From: an uncultured Gammaproteobacteria bacterium
GTDB lineage: Bacteria > Patescibacteriota > Microgenomatia > CAYXHB01 > CAZYTL01
Direction: 5' to 3'
NCBI GenBank assembly: GCA_964650355.1
Contig: CAZYTL010000008.1
Location: 89 to 64,088 of the forward strand
DNA: 64,000 nt
Shown: in pieces, positions 8,377 through 17,056 of the stretch
Layout of the letters: every line of letters begins with the position of its first letter
How positions within the stretch are numbered: the stretch's first letter is position 1
Notes under the pieces: model-generated
What the model was told of the DNA's origin: nothing
The model's database searches: none
Seen by the model: the letters and a program-made list of their open reading frames with translations, nothing else
Made by a program: the position numbers and the translations under genes

Positions 8377-8865
8377 ATGACACACAATAAATTACTTCAT
8401 GAAGTGGTGATCACGGCCATTGTGGTTAAGAATGGCAAGTACTTAATTACCAAGCGGTCTGCAAATGAAAACCGCTTTCCTAACAAATGGACGGTACCGG
8501 GAGGCAAACTGGAAATCGAAGATTATGTGAACCTGCCAAAAGACACAGAGTTTTACTGGTATAACGTTTTGGAGCAAGTCTTGCGCAGGGAAGTGAAAGA
8601 AGAAGTGGGGATTGAAATTGCCAACATTGAGTATGTGACCAGTTTGGCCACGATTCACGCTGACGGCAAGCCGTCTCTGGTGGTTTCCTGCATGGCGGAT
8701 TATCAGTCCGGAGAAGTGACACTGCAAGAAGAGGAGATGGATGATTTTGCTTGGGTGACTTTGAAAGAAGCCAAAGATTATGATCTGATCGATGGGATTT
8801 ACGATGAACTGGTCATGGCGGAAAAGAAAGCCAAAGGAGAAAAGAGTGAGTGGAAAAGGGCATGA
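8377..8865 (+). CDS. NUDIX hydrolase
   Basis: Nudix box PGGKLE...REVKEEVGIE with an insertion. The internal ATG at 8377 is chosen because the longest ORF overlaps the upstream gene. Confidence 0.7.
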   Translation: MTHNKLLHEVVITAIVVKNGKYLITKRSANENRFPNKWTVPGGKLEIEDYVNLPKDTEFYWYNVLEQVLRREVKEEVGIEIANIEYVTSLATIHADGKPSLVVSCMADYQSGEVTLQEEEMDDFAWVTLKEAKDYDLIDGIYDELVMAEKKAKGEKSEWKRA

Positions 8866-8871
8866 AGCCGA

Positions 8872-9930
8872 CTAAGATTCCCTTTCCTGCCCACCGTAAA
8901 ATACAAAATCTTTAGGTGAGAGTTTAGGCGTCACCCTGGTTTCCACTCCTTGAGATTGACCATTAAGCATCGCGAGTATCATATCCCGTGCTACCAGTCT
9001 GGGTAAGGTAGCGCCACCCATTGGGAGCTGAATCATGTTATAAAATGCTTCGTCATCGATGTTCTTTTTAATCCTAGCTCCATTGAGAAACAGCCACATT
9101 GAAGTCTCTGTATCATCAATGATAGCTCCACTAAGGATTTCACAAAATCTGATGTCGCCGGCTTTTGCTTTTTTAATACAATATTCCAGCATTGCAAATT
9201 TAGCTGCCCCAATGGAATCAACGTATTTATTCAAAACTCTTTCAAACAAAGGACCCACATCAGGAGATACACTTTGCAGACCTTCCGTTATCCTTCTCTG
9301 GTTTTCTTCTTTACTGAAGTGGCCTGGGTAACTATTAGTGGTGAGCACAAGTAGGGGTGACAAATCAGGATACTTTTGTCTTTCCTCCACTGCTGCATCT
9401 AAAATGTTTTTGGGGGTAACGAAGCCAATATTGCGAGCAACCTGTTCGCCCTCGCGCATCCCGCCTGCGGCACAAAAGGCGAGAATTCCTACTGGATATG
9501 TTAGTAGTTCCGGCTGAAATAGTCTCTTTATTTCATCTCTGGTCAGCGGTTCGCTAAAATCCGCTTGAACCGGAAATACAAAAGGTGGCAACTGATCTTT
9601 ATTCTCAAGGTTGCCTAAGGCTAGTGGATAGCGGCTATGATACTGAACAATTAGCGGAGTGTCTCCGTCGCCATATTCAATCAACGCTCTCATCGCTTCT
9701 CCCACAGCTATGCCTACCGGAAGTCCGCTCGCGCCGAAGAACGCTGTGCCATTGGCATTTTTCAGGGACAGGGCTAACATTTGCCGCTCCTGGACGGAAA
9801 GATCTAAACCAGGGATCAATCTCTGTTCCGGACCTCTGATCATAATTGATAAAAGTTTACCATAATTCCTCTGTCCTGAATGGTGGTTAATATCGAGTTG
9901 GTTTGGGTATATACTATTCTTTGTGGGCAA
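8872..9930 (-). CDS. conserved hypothetical protein
   Basis: 352-aa ORF with Gly-rich segments (FFGASGLPVGIAVGEAM, CAAGGMREGE). The fold was not recognised. The start is uncertain: TTG at 9930 or ATG at 9843. Confidence 0.4.
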   Translation of the reverse strand: MPTKNSIYPNQLDINHHSGQRNYGKLLSIMIRGPEQRLIPGLDLSVQERQMLALSLKNANGTAFFGASGLPVGIAVGEAMRALIEYGDGDTPLIVQYHSRYPLALGNLENKDQLPPFVFPVQADFSEPLTRDEIKRLFQPELLTYPVGILAFCAAGGMREGEQVARNIGFVTPKNILDAAVEERQKYPDLSPLLVLTTNSYPGHFSKEENQRRITEGLQSVSPDVGPLFERVLNKYVDSIGAAKFAMLEYCIKKAKAGDIRFCEILSGAIIDDTETSMWLFLNGARIKKNIDDEAFYNMIQLPMGGATLPRLVARDMILAMLNGQSQGVETRVTPKLSPKDFVFYGGQERES

Positions 9931-9941
9931 AAAGGATGATT

Positions 9942-11063
9942 ATGGCTATAAAAACACAACTTTTAAGAACTTTATACCGGTTGCTCGGTAGACCCTGCTT
10001 TTTCCTTATCGACCCAGAGACGATTCACGACCTGATTACCCGGTTGGGATATGGGTTGGGCAGTAACCAGATGCTCAGATCGTTAACCAAATGGAGTTTT
10101 GATTATCAGCATCCGAGTTTGGAACAAACTGTTTGCGGGATGAGATTCCGCAACCCGATTGGGCTGTCAGCCGGATTTGATAAAGACGCTAACTTGGTGC
10201 AGGTATTGCCGGCGGTGGGATTCGGGTATATGCAGGTGGGCACGGTGACGGCAGACCCGTATAAAGGCAACCCCAAGCCCAGATTGTACAGGCTGCCTAA
10301 ATCACAAGCACTGGTGGTTTATTACGGACTGAAAAATATCGGGGCAAAGAAAATTATTGAGAAGATGAAAAAATACCAAGTTAAACGGTTTCCTTTAAGT
10401 ATCTCAATCGGTAAAACAAATAGCTCCAAGACTGCCAAGCAAAAAGCAGGAATTAATGACTATTTTGAATGTCTGGAAATGTTTGCTAAGGCTGAAATCG
10501 GGGATTTTTACACGATTAACATTTCCTGCCCCAATACTTTTGGAGGAGAGCCGTTTACCACCCCGGAATCGCTAGAGTCCTTATTAAAAAAACTCACCAG
10601 TCTGAAAATTAACCGACCCGTATTCCTGAAAATGCCTATTAATCTGCCCTGGCCCAAATTCAAAAAACTTGTGGATGTGGCGGTTAAGTATAAAATAGAC
10701 GGAGTAATTATCGGCAACCTGAATAAAAACCATGGGGACAAAACAGTTATGGATGCGATTCCTGAGAGAGTGAAGGGCGGAATCAGCGGCAAACCCACTT
10801 GGAAGTTGTCAAATGAACTGATCTCTCAAACCTACAAACATTATGGCAAACGACTCACTATCATTGGCGTGGGAGGGATTTTTTCTGCTGAAGATGCTTA
10901 TGAGAAAATCAGAAGAGGATCGTCTTTGGTGCAGTTGATTACCGGCATGATTTATCAAGGCCCGCAATTGATCGGAGAAATTAATCAAGGCTTGGTGGAA
11001 CTATTAACTAACGACGGGTACGAGAATATTCACCAGGCTATCGGAGCTGACTATAGGAAGTGA
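9942..11063 (+). CDS. pyrD: dihydroorotate dehydrogenase (quinone), class 2
   Basis: GLSAGFDKDAN, GFGYMQVGTVT, ISCPNT, IGVGGI. The ATG at 9942 has an AAGGA SD; the longest ORF starts at TTG 9903. Confidence 0.85.
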   Translation: MAIKTQLLRTLYRLLGRPCFFLIDPETIHDLITRLGYGLGSNQMLRSLTKWSFDYQHPSLEQTVCGMRFRNPIGLSAGFDKDANLVQVLPAVGFGYMQVGTVTADPYKGNPKPRLYRLPKSQALVVYYGLKNIGAKKIIEKMKKYQVKRFPLSISIGKTNSSKTAKQKAGINDYFECLEMFAKAEIGDFYTINISCPNTFGGEPFTTPESLESLLKKLTSLKINRPVFLKMPINLPWPKFKKLVDVAVKYKIDGVIIGNLNKNHGDKTVMDAIPERVKGGISGKPTWKLSNELISQTYKHYGKRLTIIGVGGIFSAEDAYEKIRRGSSLVQLITGMIYQGPQLIGEINQGLVELLTNDGYENIHQAIGADYRK

Positions 11064-11148
11064 TCTTGTCCGGGTTACTGTTTCAAGAATTTGGTTTGGT
11101 GAGAAGTATGAGTGAGGGATTTTGAGACGAAATGAGGACTATTATTAG

Positions 11149-12237
11149 ATGGAGGCGAAATCATATTTGGCTGCCTATTCGCAAAATGCCGATCAGTTCC
11201 TAGATGAATTTTTTGCCCACAAGACCAGAGAGGCTCGTCAACTTGGCGATTCAGGCAACGGATTGATTAATGTTCCCGAACAGATGATGGTCATGTATCG
11301 GGAATATATGCGGGGAGGAAAGAAGTTAAGAGGCGCGTTAGTGCAATTGGGTTATGAGTGTGGAGGAGGAGCAAATCTGAAGGAAATATTGCCTATTAGC
11401 GTGGCTTTGGAAATCATTCACAGCTTCATTCTCATGCACGATGATGTGATGGATCAGGATGAGTTGCGGCGGGGAATGTATACCTTGCATAAACAATGGG
11501 AAACCATCAGCAAACAAAAATTAGTCTCCCGAGCCAACCACAAGCATCTGGGAGAATCATTGGCCTATACCACCGGAGACGTGGGCGGTTTTTTAGCTAT
11601 GGGTCTGATCGCCAACTCACAGTTATCTCCTGAAAAGAAATTGACAGCTTTTTCGCATTTAAGCAAGTTCTTATTGAAAACCGGTTATGGTCAGGGTTTG
11701 GATGTGGTTTATGAAGTCAGCGAACACGTGGGGGAACGAGATGTGTTACGAGTGCATTTACACAAGAGCGCCCACTATACGATTTCCGGCCCGCTGATCC
11801 TTGGTGGTTTACTGTCAGGTGCCACCCAACAACAATTGGCTGCCATGGAACAGTTCGGAGAAAAAGTGGGGATCGCCTTTCAACTAAGAGATGACGAGTT
11901 AGGTTTGTTAGGCAACGAACAAATTTTAGGAAAGCCCATTGGGTCTGACATTCGGGAGGGGAAAAATACTTTATTAAGGATCAAGGCCATGGAATTGGCC
12001 AACCAGAGACAAAGAAAACGACTGGAAGAGATTTATGGCAGGCAACAGGTGACTGATCAGGAAATTAATTTGGTTAAAGAAATTACGGTTCAGAGCGGAG
12101 CCTTGGATTATTCCCAAAAACTGACTCGCAAATTGACCACTGAAGGTAAACAGACAATTCCGTTAATCACTGCTGATATCCAACTCCAGGATACTTTGGG
12201 ACAGATTGCGGATTTTATTGTGGAAAGGAAAAAGTAA
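11149..12237 (+). CDS. polyprenyl diphosphate synthase (trans-IPPS, IspA/GGPPS family)
   Basis: FARM LMHDDVMD and SARM FQLRDDELG aspartate-rich motifs. Confidence 0.85.
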   Translation: MEAKSYLAAYSQNADQFLDEFFAHKTREARQLGDSGNGLINVPEQMMVMYREYMRGGKKLRGALVQLGYECGGGANLKEILPISVALEIIHSFILMHDDVMDQDELRRGMYTLHKQWETISKQKLVSRANHKHLGESLAYTTGDVGGFLAMGLIANSQLSPEKKLTAFSHLSKFLLKTGYGQGLDVVYEVSEHVGERDVLRVHLHKSAHYTISGPLILGGLLSGATQQQLAAMEQFGEKVGIAFQLRDDELGLLGNEQILGKPIGSDIREGKNTLLRIKAMELANQRQRKRLEEIYGRQQVTDQEINLVKEITVQSGALDYSQKLTRKLTTEGKQTIPLITADIQLQDTLGQIADFIVERKK

Positions 12238-12261
12238 CTTCCGGCCATTGAGGTGATTTGG

Positions 12262-12984
12262 ATGCCTATGAGTAAACCCGACAAAATTCCCCGCCACGTG
12301 GCCATTATCATGGATGGCAATCGCCGCTGGGCCAAGAAACGCGGACTGCCTGAAGTTGACGGCCATCGCCAGGGAGTAAAGGTGATTAAGCCCATTATCA
12401 GACGGGCGTTTGACTGCGGAGTAGAAGTGATTACTTTTTGGGCTTTTGCCACCAAGAATTTCAAGCGGGATAAGAAATTTTTGAAGGACATCATGGAAGT
12501 TTTTCGGGAAACCCTGGATCGCAGACAATGGTTTGAAGAGATTAAAGATGCCGGAGGAAAGATCAATATTATCGGCGACCCCAAACGATTTCCCAAAGAC
12601 ATTCTTAAGAAGGTTGACCAGTATTTGACTGAAATGCAGCCGAAAAATCCCAAGGGGTTAGTGAATTTTGGCTTGGAATATGAAGGCAGAGACGAAATTG
12701 TGAGAGCGATTAAGAAAATGTATGCCCAGATTGAAAGCGGCGAATTTAAGATTAAGGATTTGACGATTGATACTTTTGTCCAGTTTCTGGATACGGCCGG
12801 AATGCCTGATCCTGATCTGATGATCAGGCCGGGAGGAGAATTGCGGTTGTCAGGATATTTACTGTGGCAGGTTTGTGATGCCGAACTCTACTTCACGGAT
12901 GTACTATGGCCTGACTTTACGGTGGAAGAATTTGATAAAGCTCTGGAAGAATACTCCAGGAGAAATCGGAGGTTTGGTAGATGA
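12262..12984 (+). CDS. uppS: undecaprenyl diphosphate synthase
   Basis: HVAIIMDGNRRWA signature. The ATG at 12262 has a GAGGTGA SD; the longest ORF starts at GTG 12253. Confidence 0.9.
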   Translation: MPMSKPDKIPRHVAIIMDGNRRWAKKRGLPEVDGHRQGVKVIKPIIRRAFDCGVEVITFWAFATKNFKRDKKFLKDIMEVFRETLDRRQWFEEIKDAGGKINIIGDPKRFPKDILKKVDQYLTEMQPKNPKGLVNFGLEYEGRDEIVRAIKKMYAQIESGEFKIKDLTIDTFVQFLDTAGMPDPDLMIRPGGELRLSGYLLWQVCDAELYFTDVLWPDFTVEEFDKALEEYSRRNRRFGR

Positions 12985-12998
12985 CTTGGGATGGTTAT

Positions 12999-14336
12999 TT
13001 AAATTCTTTCTATGGTATAGGTAACGGGTTGGAAGAGAAAAATCGCCGGAACGTCTTCAACTAAATATCTCTGAAAATCAAGATAAATCTCCAGCCGTTC
13101 ATCCTGGTTCAATTCTTTACGACCGTCTTCTAAAAGTTTGTCAATTTTGGGACTCTGGTAATGGGTAATGTTGGTAGACTGAGTTGAATGCCAAAGCACG
13201 TATTGATCCGGATCTTTGGGAACTTCCTGAGTAACCAGGATGGCGTCGAAATTTTCAGGCAGAGAATTAATTACCCGCACTTGAGTGGGCATGCCAAACT
13301 CTGTCCAGTCGTTTGCGATCTGGTCGGCCACGGGCAGAAGCGAAGCCACTGTGGCTAACTGGATGGGTTGAGACTTAGCAGCTTCCAAATCTTCCTCACC
13401 CACTAATTTTTTGGCTCTTTCCTGGTCATAGTCGTAGGGTTTGACATGGGCGTTATAAGCCCAAGAGCTTTCCATGATCGGGGAGATTACCCGCCGAAAC
13501 CCGGCTGATTTGTCTTTAATCGCATACGCCAAAGCTTGGCGAACCGACTTTTGTTTGAATTGAAGGTTATCCATGTTGAAAAACAGGCCCACGTAGCGGT
13601 AAGGATGTTCCTGAGCCGTGGTTTTCACCATGCTCCAATCGGCAAATTCCTGGGCATTGATCAGACCGACAACTTGATTGATTTCTCCTAATTTAAAGGC
13701 AGTTTTGGCAGCTTCTTCCGTGCCATAAAACAGATAGCGTAATTTGGGTAAAGTGCTTCCCTTGCTCACCGGCATCAGGTTAATAGATTTAAAATAGTTG
13801 CCTTCTCTGTGCAAGCGGGTAAATTTATAGGGGCCAATACCCACTAAGTCGTCACGCAGTACGGGAGTCGACACTACAGTAGGAAAAGGAGAAAACGGAT
13901 CCTGAAGTTTGAACTGTAAGTGGTGGTCATCCAAAACTGTGACGGTGACATCCTTAAAATCATATTTGATTTGCGAGGCTTTGATGGGCTGGCCATCTGA
14001 CCAACTGAGCTGGTCATCCAGTTCAAAGGTCCAGATTCTACCTTCGTCGCTTACTTGCCAGCTTTTGGCTAGTCCCGGATAAGGTAAACCCTGCTCGTCG
14101 AGTTGAGTGAGGCCGATGCTTACTTGTTTTAAAATCACCTCGGGGATATCGTTTTGCTGAAAAAGCCCGATTAATCCGATGGTTTGCGTAGGTCGGATTT
14201 TGGGAATGAGGTTGATAATTCTGGGAGTTAACCAGAATCCTGCTACTCCCAGGAAGATGCCAATTAGCAATAAATAAAAGTAACGACGGACAAAAGTATA
14301 AATCAGTCTGGCCGTATAACGCAGTTTACGCCACAT
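12999..14336 (-). CDS. ABC transporter substrate-binding protein, family 5 (oligopeptide-type)
   Basis: 445 aa with an N-terminal TM/signal anchor. The overall composition looks SBP_bac_5-like. Confidence 0.55.
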   Translation of the reverse strand: MWRKLRYTARLIYTFVRRYFYLLLIGIFLGVAGFWLTPRIINLIPKIRPTQTIGLIGLFQQNDIPEVILKQVSIGLTQLDEQGLPYPGLAKSWQVSDEGRIWTFELDDQLSWSDGQPIKASQIKYDFKDVTVTVLDDHHLQFKLQDPFSPFPTVVSTPVLRDDLVGIGPYKFTRLHREGNYFKSINLMPVSKGSTLPKLRYLFYGTEEAAKTAFKLGEINQVVGLINAQEFADWSMVKTTAQEHPYRYVGLFFNMDNLQFKQKSVRQALAYAIKDKSAGFRRVISPIMESSWAYNAHVKPYDYDQERAKKLVGEEDLEAAKSQPIQLATVASLLPVADQIANDWTEFGMPTQVRVINSLPENFDAILVTQEVPKDPDQYVLWHSTQSTNITHYQSPKIDKLLEDGRKELNQDERLEIYLDFQRYLVEDVPAIFLFQPVTYTIERI

Positions 14337-14378
14337 AAAGTTTGGTTTGAGTTAGAGTTAGGGAACTTCGATCAGCAG

Positions 14379-14594
14379 TTAGGTTACTAATACCAAAATA
14401 GAGTTAAGAAAGAACAGAACAGCCAGAATGATGGTTAAGCGGAAGACAAGTTGTTCCACTCCCCTTTTGGAGTGGTAGGCCATGCCTGAGCCACCCCAGG
14501 CTCTACCCAAGCCGGTACCTCTCGCCTGGAGTAGGATGGTAACCGACATTCCTAGCCCAAAGATGATCTGAAGAATTAACAGCCATTCTTTCAT
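14379..14594 (-). CDS. secG: preprotein translocase subunit SecG
   Basis: 71 aa, two TM helices, LLQ..G.GLG...GG motif. Confidence 0.7.
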   Translation of the reverse strand: MKEWLLILQIIFGLGMSVTILLQARGTGLGRAWGGSGMAYHSKRGVEQLVFRLTIILAVLFFLNSILVLVT

Positions 14595-14684
14595 AGGAGC
14601 TATTATAACAAGAGGAGGAACTGAATATCCAGTTTTCTACCAAATTCAACCAAAGGCAAGAGATCGAGCAAAATCTCCAGGGGG

Positions 14685-15092
14685 CTATTTTCTAACTAAC
14701 CAGATTAACAGGCCTGAAATAACGGAAAGGAAAAAAGATACGGCGATCCAGGCAGTCAGGTGGTTAAGATTGATCTGGGGAATGACCAGCCCGGAATAGG
14801 TGAATTCCTGAATGGTAAATGCTTGTACTTGAATTCCGGATACAAAATGGACTACCAGGTAAAGCAAGGCCACATTGGTTACCCAGCGGAACATGCCAAA
14901 GGTAAGCAGGTTAAGAGGCAAAAGCATGAGGGAGAACAAGGGTTTGACGATGACATTGGCAATGGTTAAGCCGATGCCTGCCTGGGCTAAAGTAAGCAGA
15001 CTGTGGTCCCAAACCAGGCCTTGAGGAAAAAATTGGCTCACAGCATACAGACTGACAGTAGAGATCACAAACATGCGGAGCAGGCGCTTCAT
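14685..15092 (-). CDS. DUF360 / phage-holin-4_2 family membrane protein
   Basis: Four TM helices; LNLLTFGMFRWVTNVALLYLV resembles the DUF360 core. Confidence 0.45.
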   Translation of the reverse strand: MKRLLRMFVISTVSLYAVSQFFPQGLVWDHSLLTLAQAGIGLTIANVIVKPLFSLMLLPLNLLTFGMFRWVTNVALLYLVVHFVSGIQVQAFTIQEFTYSGLVIPQINLNHLTAWIAVSFFLSVISGLLIWLVRK

Positions 15093-15121
15093 TAGTTCAA
15101 AATTAACACAAATGGGGTTGG

Positions 15122-15703
15122 TTATTCAATAAGGGATTGGTTTTGGAGGAGCAATTTTTCCAGATCAATTTGGTTAATTTTTTTACCTTGGCGGTCATAA
15201 CAGCTAATCTTTTTGCCTAAAGTTTTGGCTATTTTTACGGTATATAAAGTGCCACCGGATGGCCGGGCCAGAAAAGCCCAGACCTCGTCGGCCATTTGAG
15301 TTAGTCGTCGATTCCTAAGCCGGGAGGCCTGAATGTGATCGGCAATCTGAGAAGCTAGATTGTCGATCAAAGCTGGTTTATTAATTTTAATAACTTGGGA
15401 AACGGACCGTTTTGCTCTGGCTAAACTTTGCTTTAGTTTAGGCGTTAATTTACCGTATTCGGGTTTCCATTGGTAACTCTGCTCAAAGGCATAAGGCAAG
15501 AGCACCTTCAAGTTGTCTAAACCAGGATCCTTTTCCAACAAAGTCTCGATTACAAAAGTATCAACTCCGGTGGCTCCTCCGGTGATAATCAGACAGCCTT
15601 TCTTTAAGGCTTGTTTGGTTTTACTTTTTACTAACTGTTCTAGGATCTCTGCATCTGGCCCGCTGGTTCCGACAATGGCTAAGACTTTTGGAGATGTGGA
15701 CAT
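15122..15703 (-). CDS. DprA/Smf-like Rossmann-fold (SLOG) protein
   Basis: VLAIVGTSG ... IITGGATGVD resembles the DprA GxARGID region. It is shorter than full-length DprA. Confidence 0.35.
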   Translation of the reverse strand: MSTSPKVLAIVGTSGPDAEILEQLVKSKTKQALKKGCLIITGGATGVDTFVIETLLEKDPGLDNLKVLLPYAFEQSYQWKPEYGKLTPKLKQSLARAKRSVSQVIKINKPALIDNLASQIADHIQASRLRNRRLTQMADEVWAFLARPSGGTLYTVKIAKTLGKKISCYDRQGKKINQIDLEKLLLQNQSLIE

Positions 15704-15706
15704 AAG

Positions 15707-17056
15707 CTAGTGATGAATTTTAAGAAGATTTTTCCGGTACTTATTGGCAAAGCGGTGGGCTTCGTCGCGCAGGTGCTGGATCACCTGCAGGGACAGAGAG
15801 GAAACAGATAAGAGTAAGGTGGAATAAGGATGGGTTTTCTGACCGGTGTAGATGATGATTTCCTCCTGTTTTTTGGCCAATCCAATGAGAGGAATGTCCA
15901 GATGGTAAGACTTGAGCACTCCCAAGGCGGCACTAATTTGCGGTTTGCCGCCGTCCACCACGATTAAATCCGGGAGAGGCCAGGAGTCGATATTTCGGGG
16001 TTTCGTTTTGTCGTGGTGTTGGCGTCTAAACCTCCGTTGGAGCATTTCGGCCATCATGGCCACATCATTGGGATGGCCTTCTTTTTTGATTTTAAATCTG
16101 CGGTATTGGGATTTATCAGGTTCTCCCCCGCTGAACACCACCAGCGATCCCGTGGAAAACTGGCCGCTGAGGGTAGAAATGTCGTAAGCTTCGATTCTTT
16201 CCAGTTGATGAACAGCAGGAGAGATTTGGTTCTGGTTTAACACCAGGATTAATTCCTGAAGAGCCTGATGTCTGACTTCCAGCCGGAGATGAGGATTTTC
16301 AATATATTTGAAAGGGGACTGTTGAGGCTGGAGAAGTTGTTGCAAATAGGCGTATCCGTCGCGGTATTCGGCTGCTAATTCGTAATTTTGTGTCCGAGAA
16401 GCATGATTCATTTCCCTTTCAAAGCTCTGTAATACCTTGGGAGCCTCTCCGGACAACAAGCGAGTCAACCAGCGCATCTGTCTGCGATATTGCCGCTTAG
16501 ATTGCCTTTGTTGGGGCGTGTCAAGAGTAAGCACTGTTCGAGGACAAGGTTGGCACAAACCGATTGAAGCATACAAACAGGGTCGTCCCCGATTGCTTTT
16601 ACAGGAGCAATAAGGAAAGATGCGGCGAAGAAATTTGAGCACCTGGCGCACAGTATGAGCTGAAGGAAAGGGACCGAAAATATCTGCCGGACCAATGTCC
16701 TGAGTGCGTCTGACAATCCGCACTTTAGGAAAATCCTCTTTGGTAATGGCAATGTACAGAGGATGTTTGTCGTCTTTGGCAACGGTGTTGAATTTGGGAA
16801 GATATTTTTTGATTAAAGCCGCTTCCAATAAGAGAGCCTCAAATTCGCTGTTGACTTCGATGTGTTCAATCCGGGCAATTTGGGGCAGCAGCAGGGAAAC
16901 TTTGGGCCGGGAATCCTGACCGAGAAAGTAAGATTTTACCCGAGAGCGGAGATCCACGGCTTTGCCCACGTAGAGCACTTGATCCTGGTCATTTTTGAAC
17001 AGGTACACGCCGCAGCTTTTGGGCAATTTTGATACTTGTGAGCGTAATGATGACAC
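15707..17056 (-). CDS. uvrC: excinuclease ABC subunit C (short form)
   Basis: N-terminal GIY-YIG (GVYLFKN...LYVGKA...RV), a Cys cluster, a UVR motif, and the RNase-H-like IPLIGLAKK endonuclease region. It appears to lack the C-terminal (HhH)2. GTG start. Confidence 0.85.
   Translation of the reverse strand: MSSLRSQVSKLPKSCGVYLFKNDQDQVLYVGKAVDLRSRVKSYFLGQDSRPKVSLLLPQIARIEHIEVNSEFEALLLEAALIKKYLPKFNTVAKDDKHPLYIAITKEDFPKVRIVRRTQDIGPADIFGPFPSAHTVRQVLKFLRRIFPYCSCKSNRGRPCLYASIGLCQPCPRTVLTLDTPQQRQSKRQYRRQMRWLTRLLSGEAPKVLQSFEREMNHASRTQNYELAAEYRDGYAYLQQLLQPQQSPFKYIENPHLRLEVRHQALQELILVLNQNQISPAVHQLERIEAYDISTLSGQFSTGSLVVFSGGEPDKSQYRRFKIKKEGHPNDVAMMAEMLQRRFRRQHHDKTKPRNIDSWPLPDLIVVDGGKPQISAALGVLKSYHLDIPLIGLAKKQEEIIIYTGQKTHPYSTLLLSVSSLSLQVIQHLRDEAHRFANKYRKNLLKIHH

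Noticed and set aside
12108-12653. 181-aa and 121-aa antisense ORFs across the polyprenyl synthase and uppS genes
   Set aside because: They are opposite strongly supported genes, which is a GC-frame artefact.
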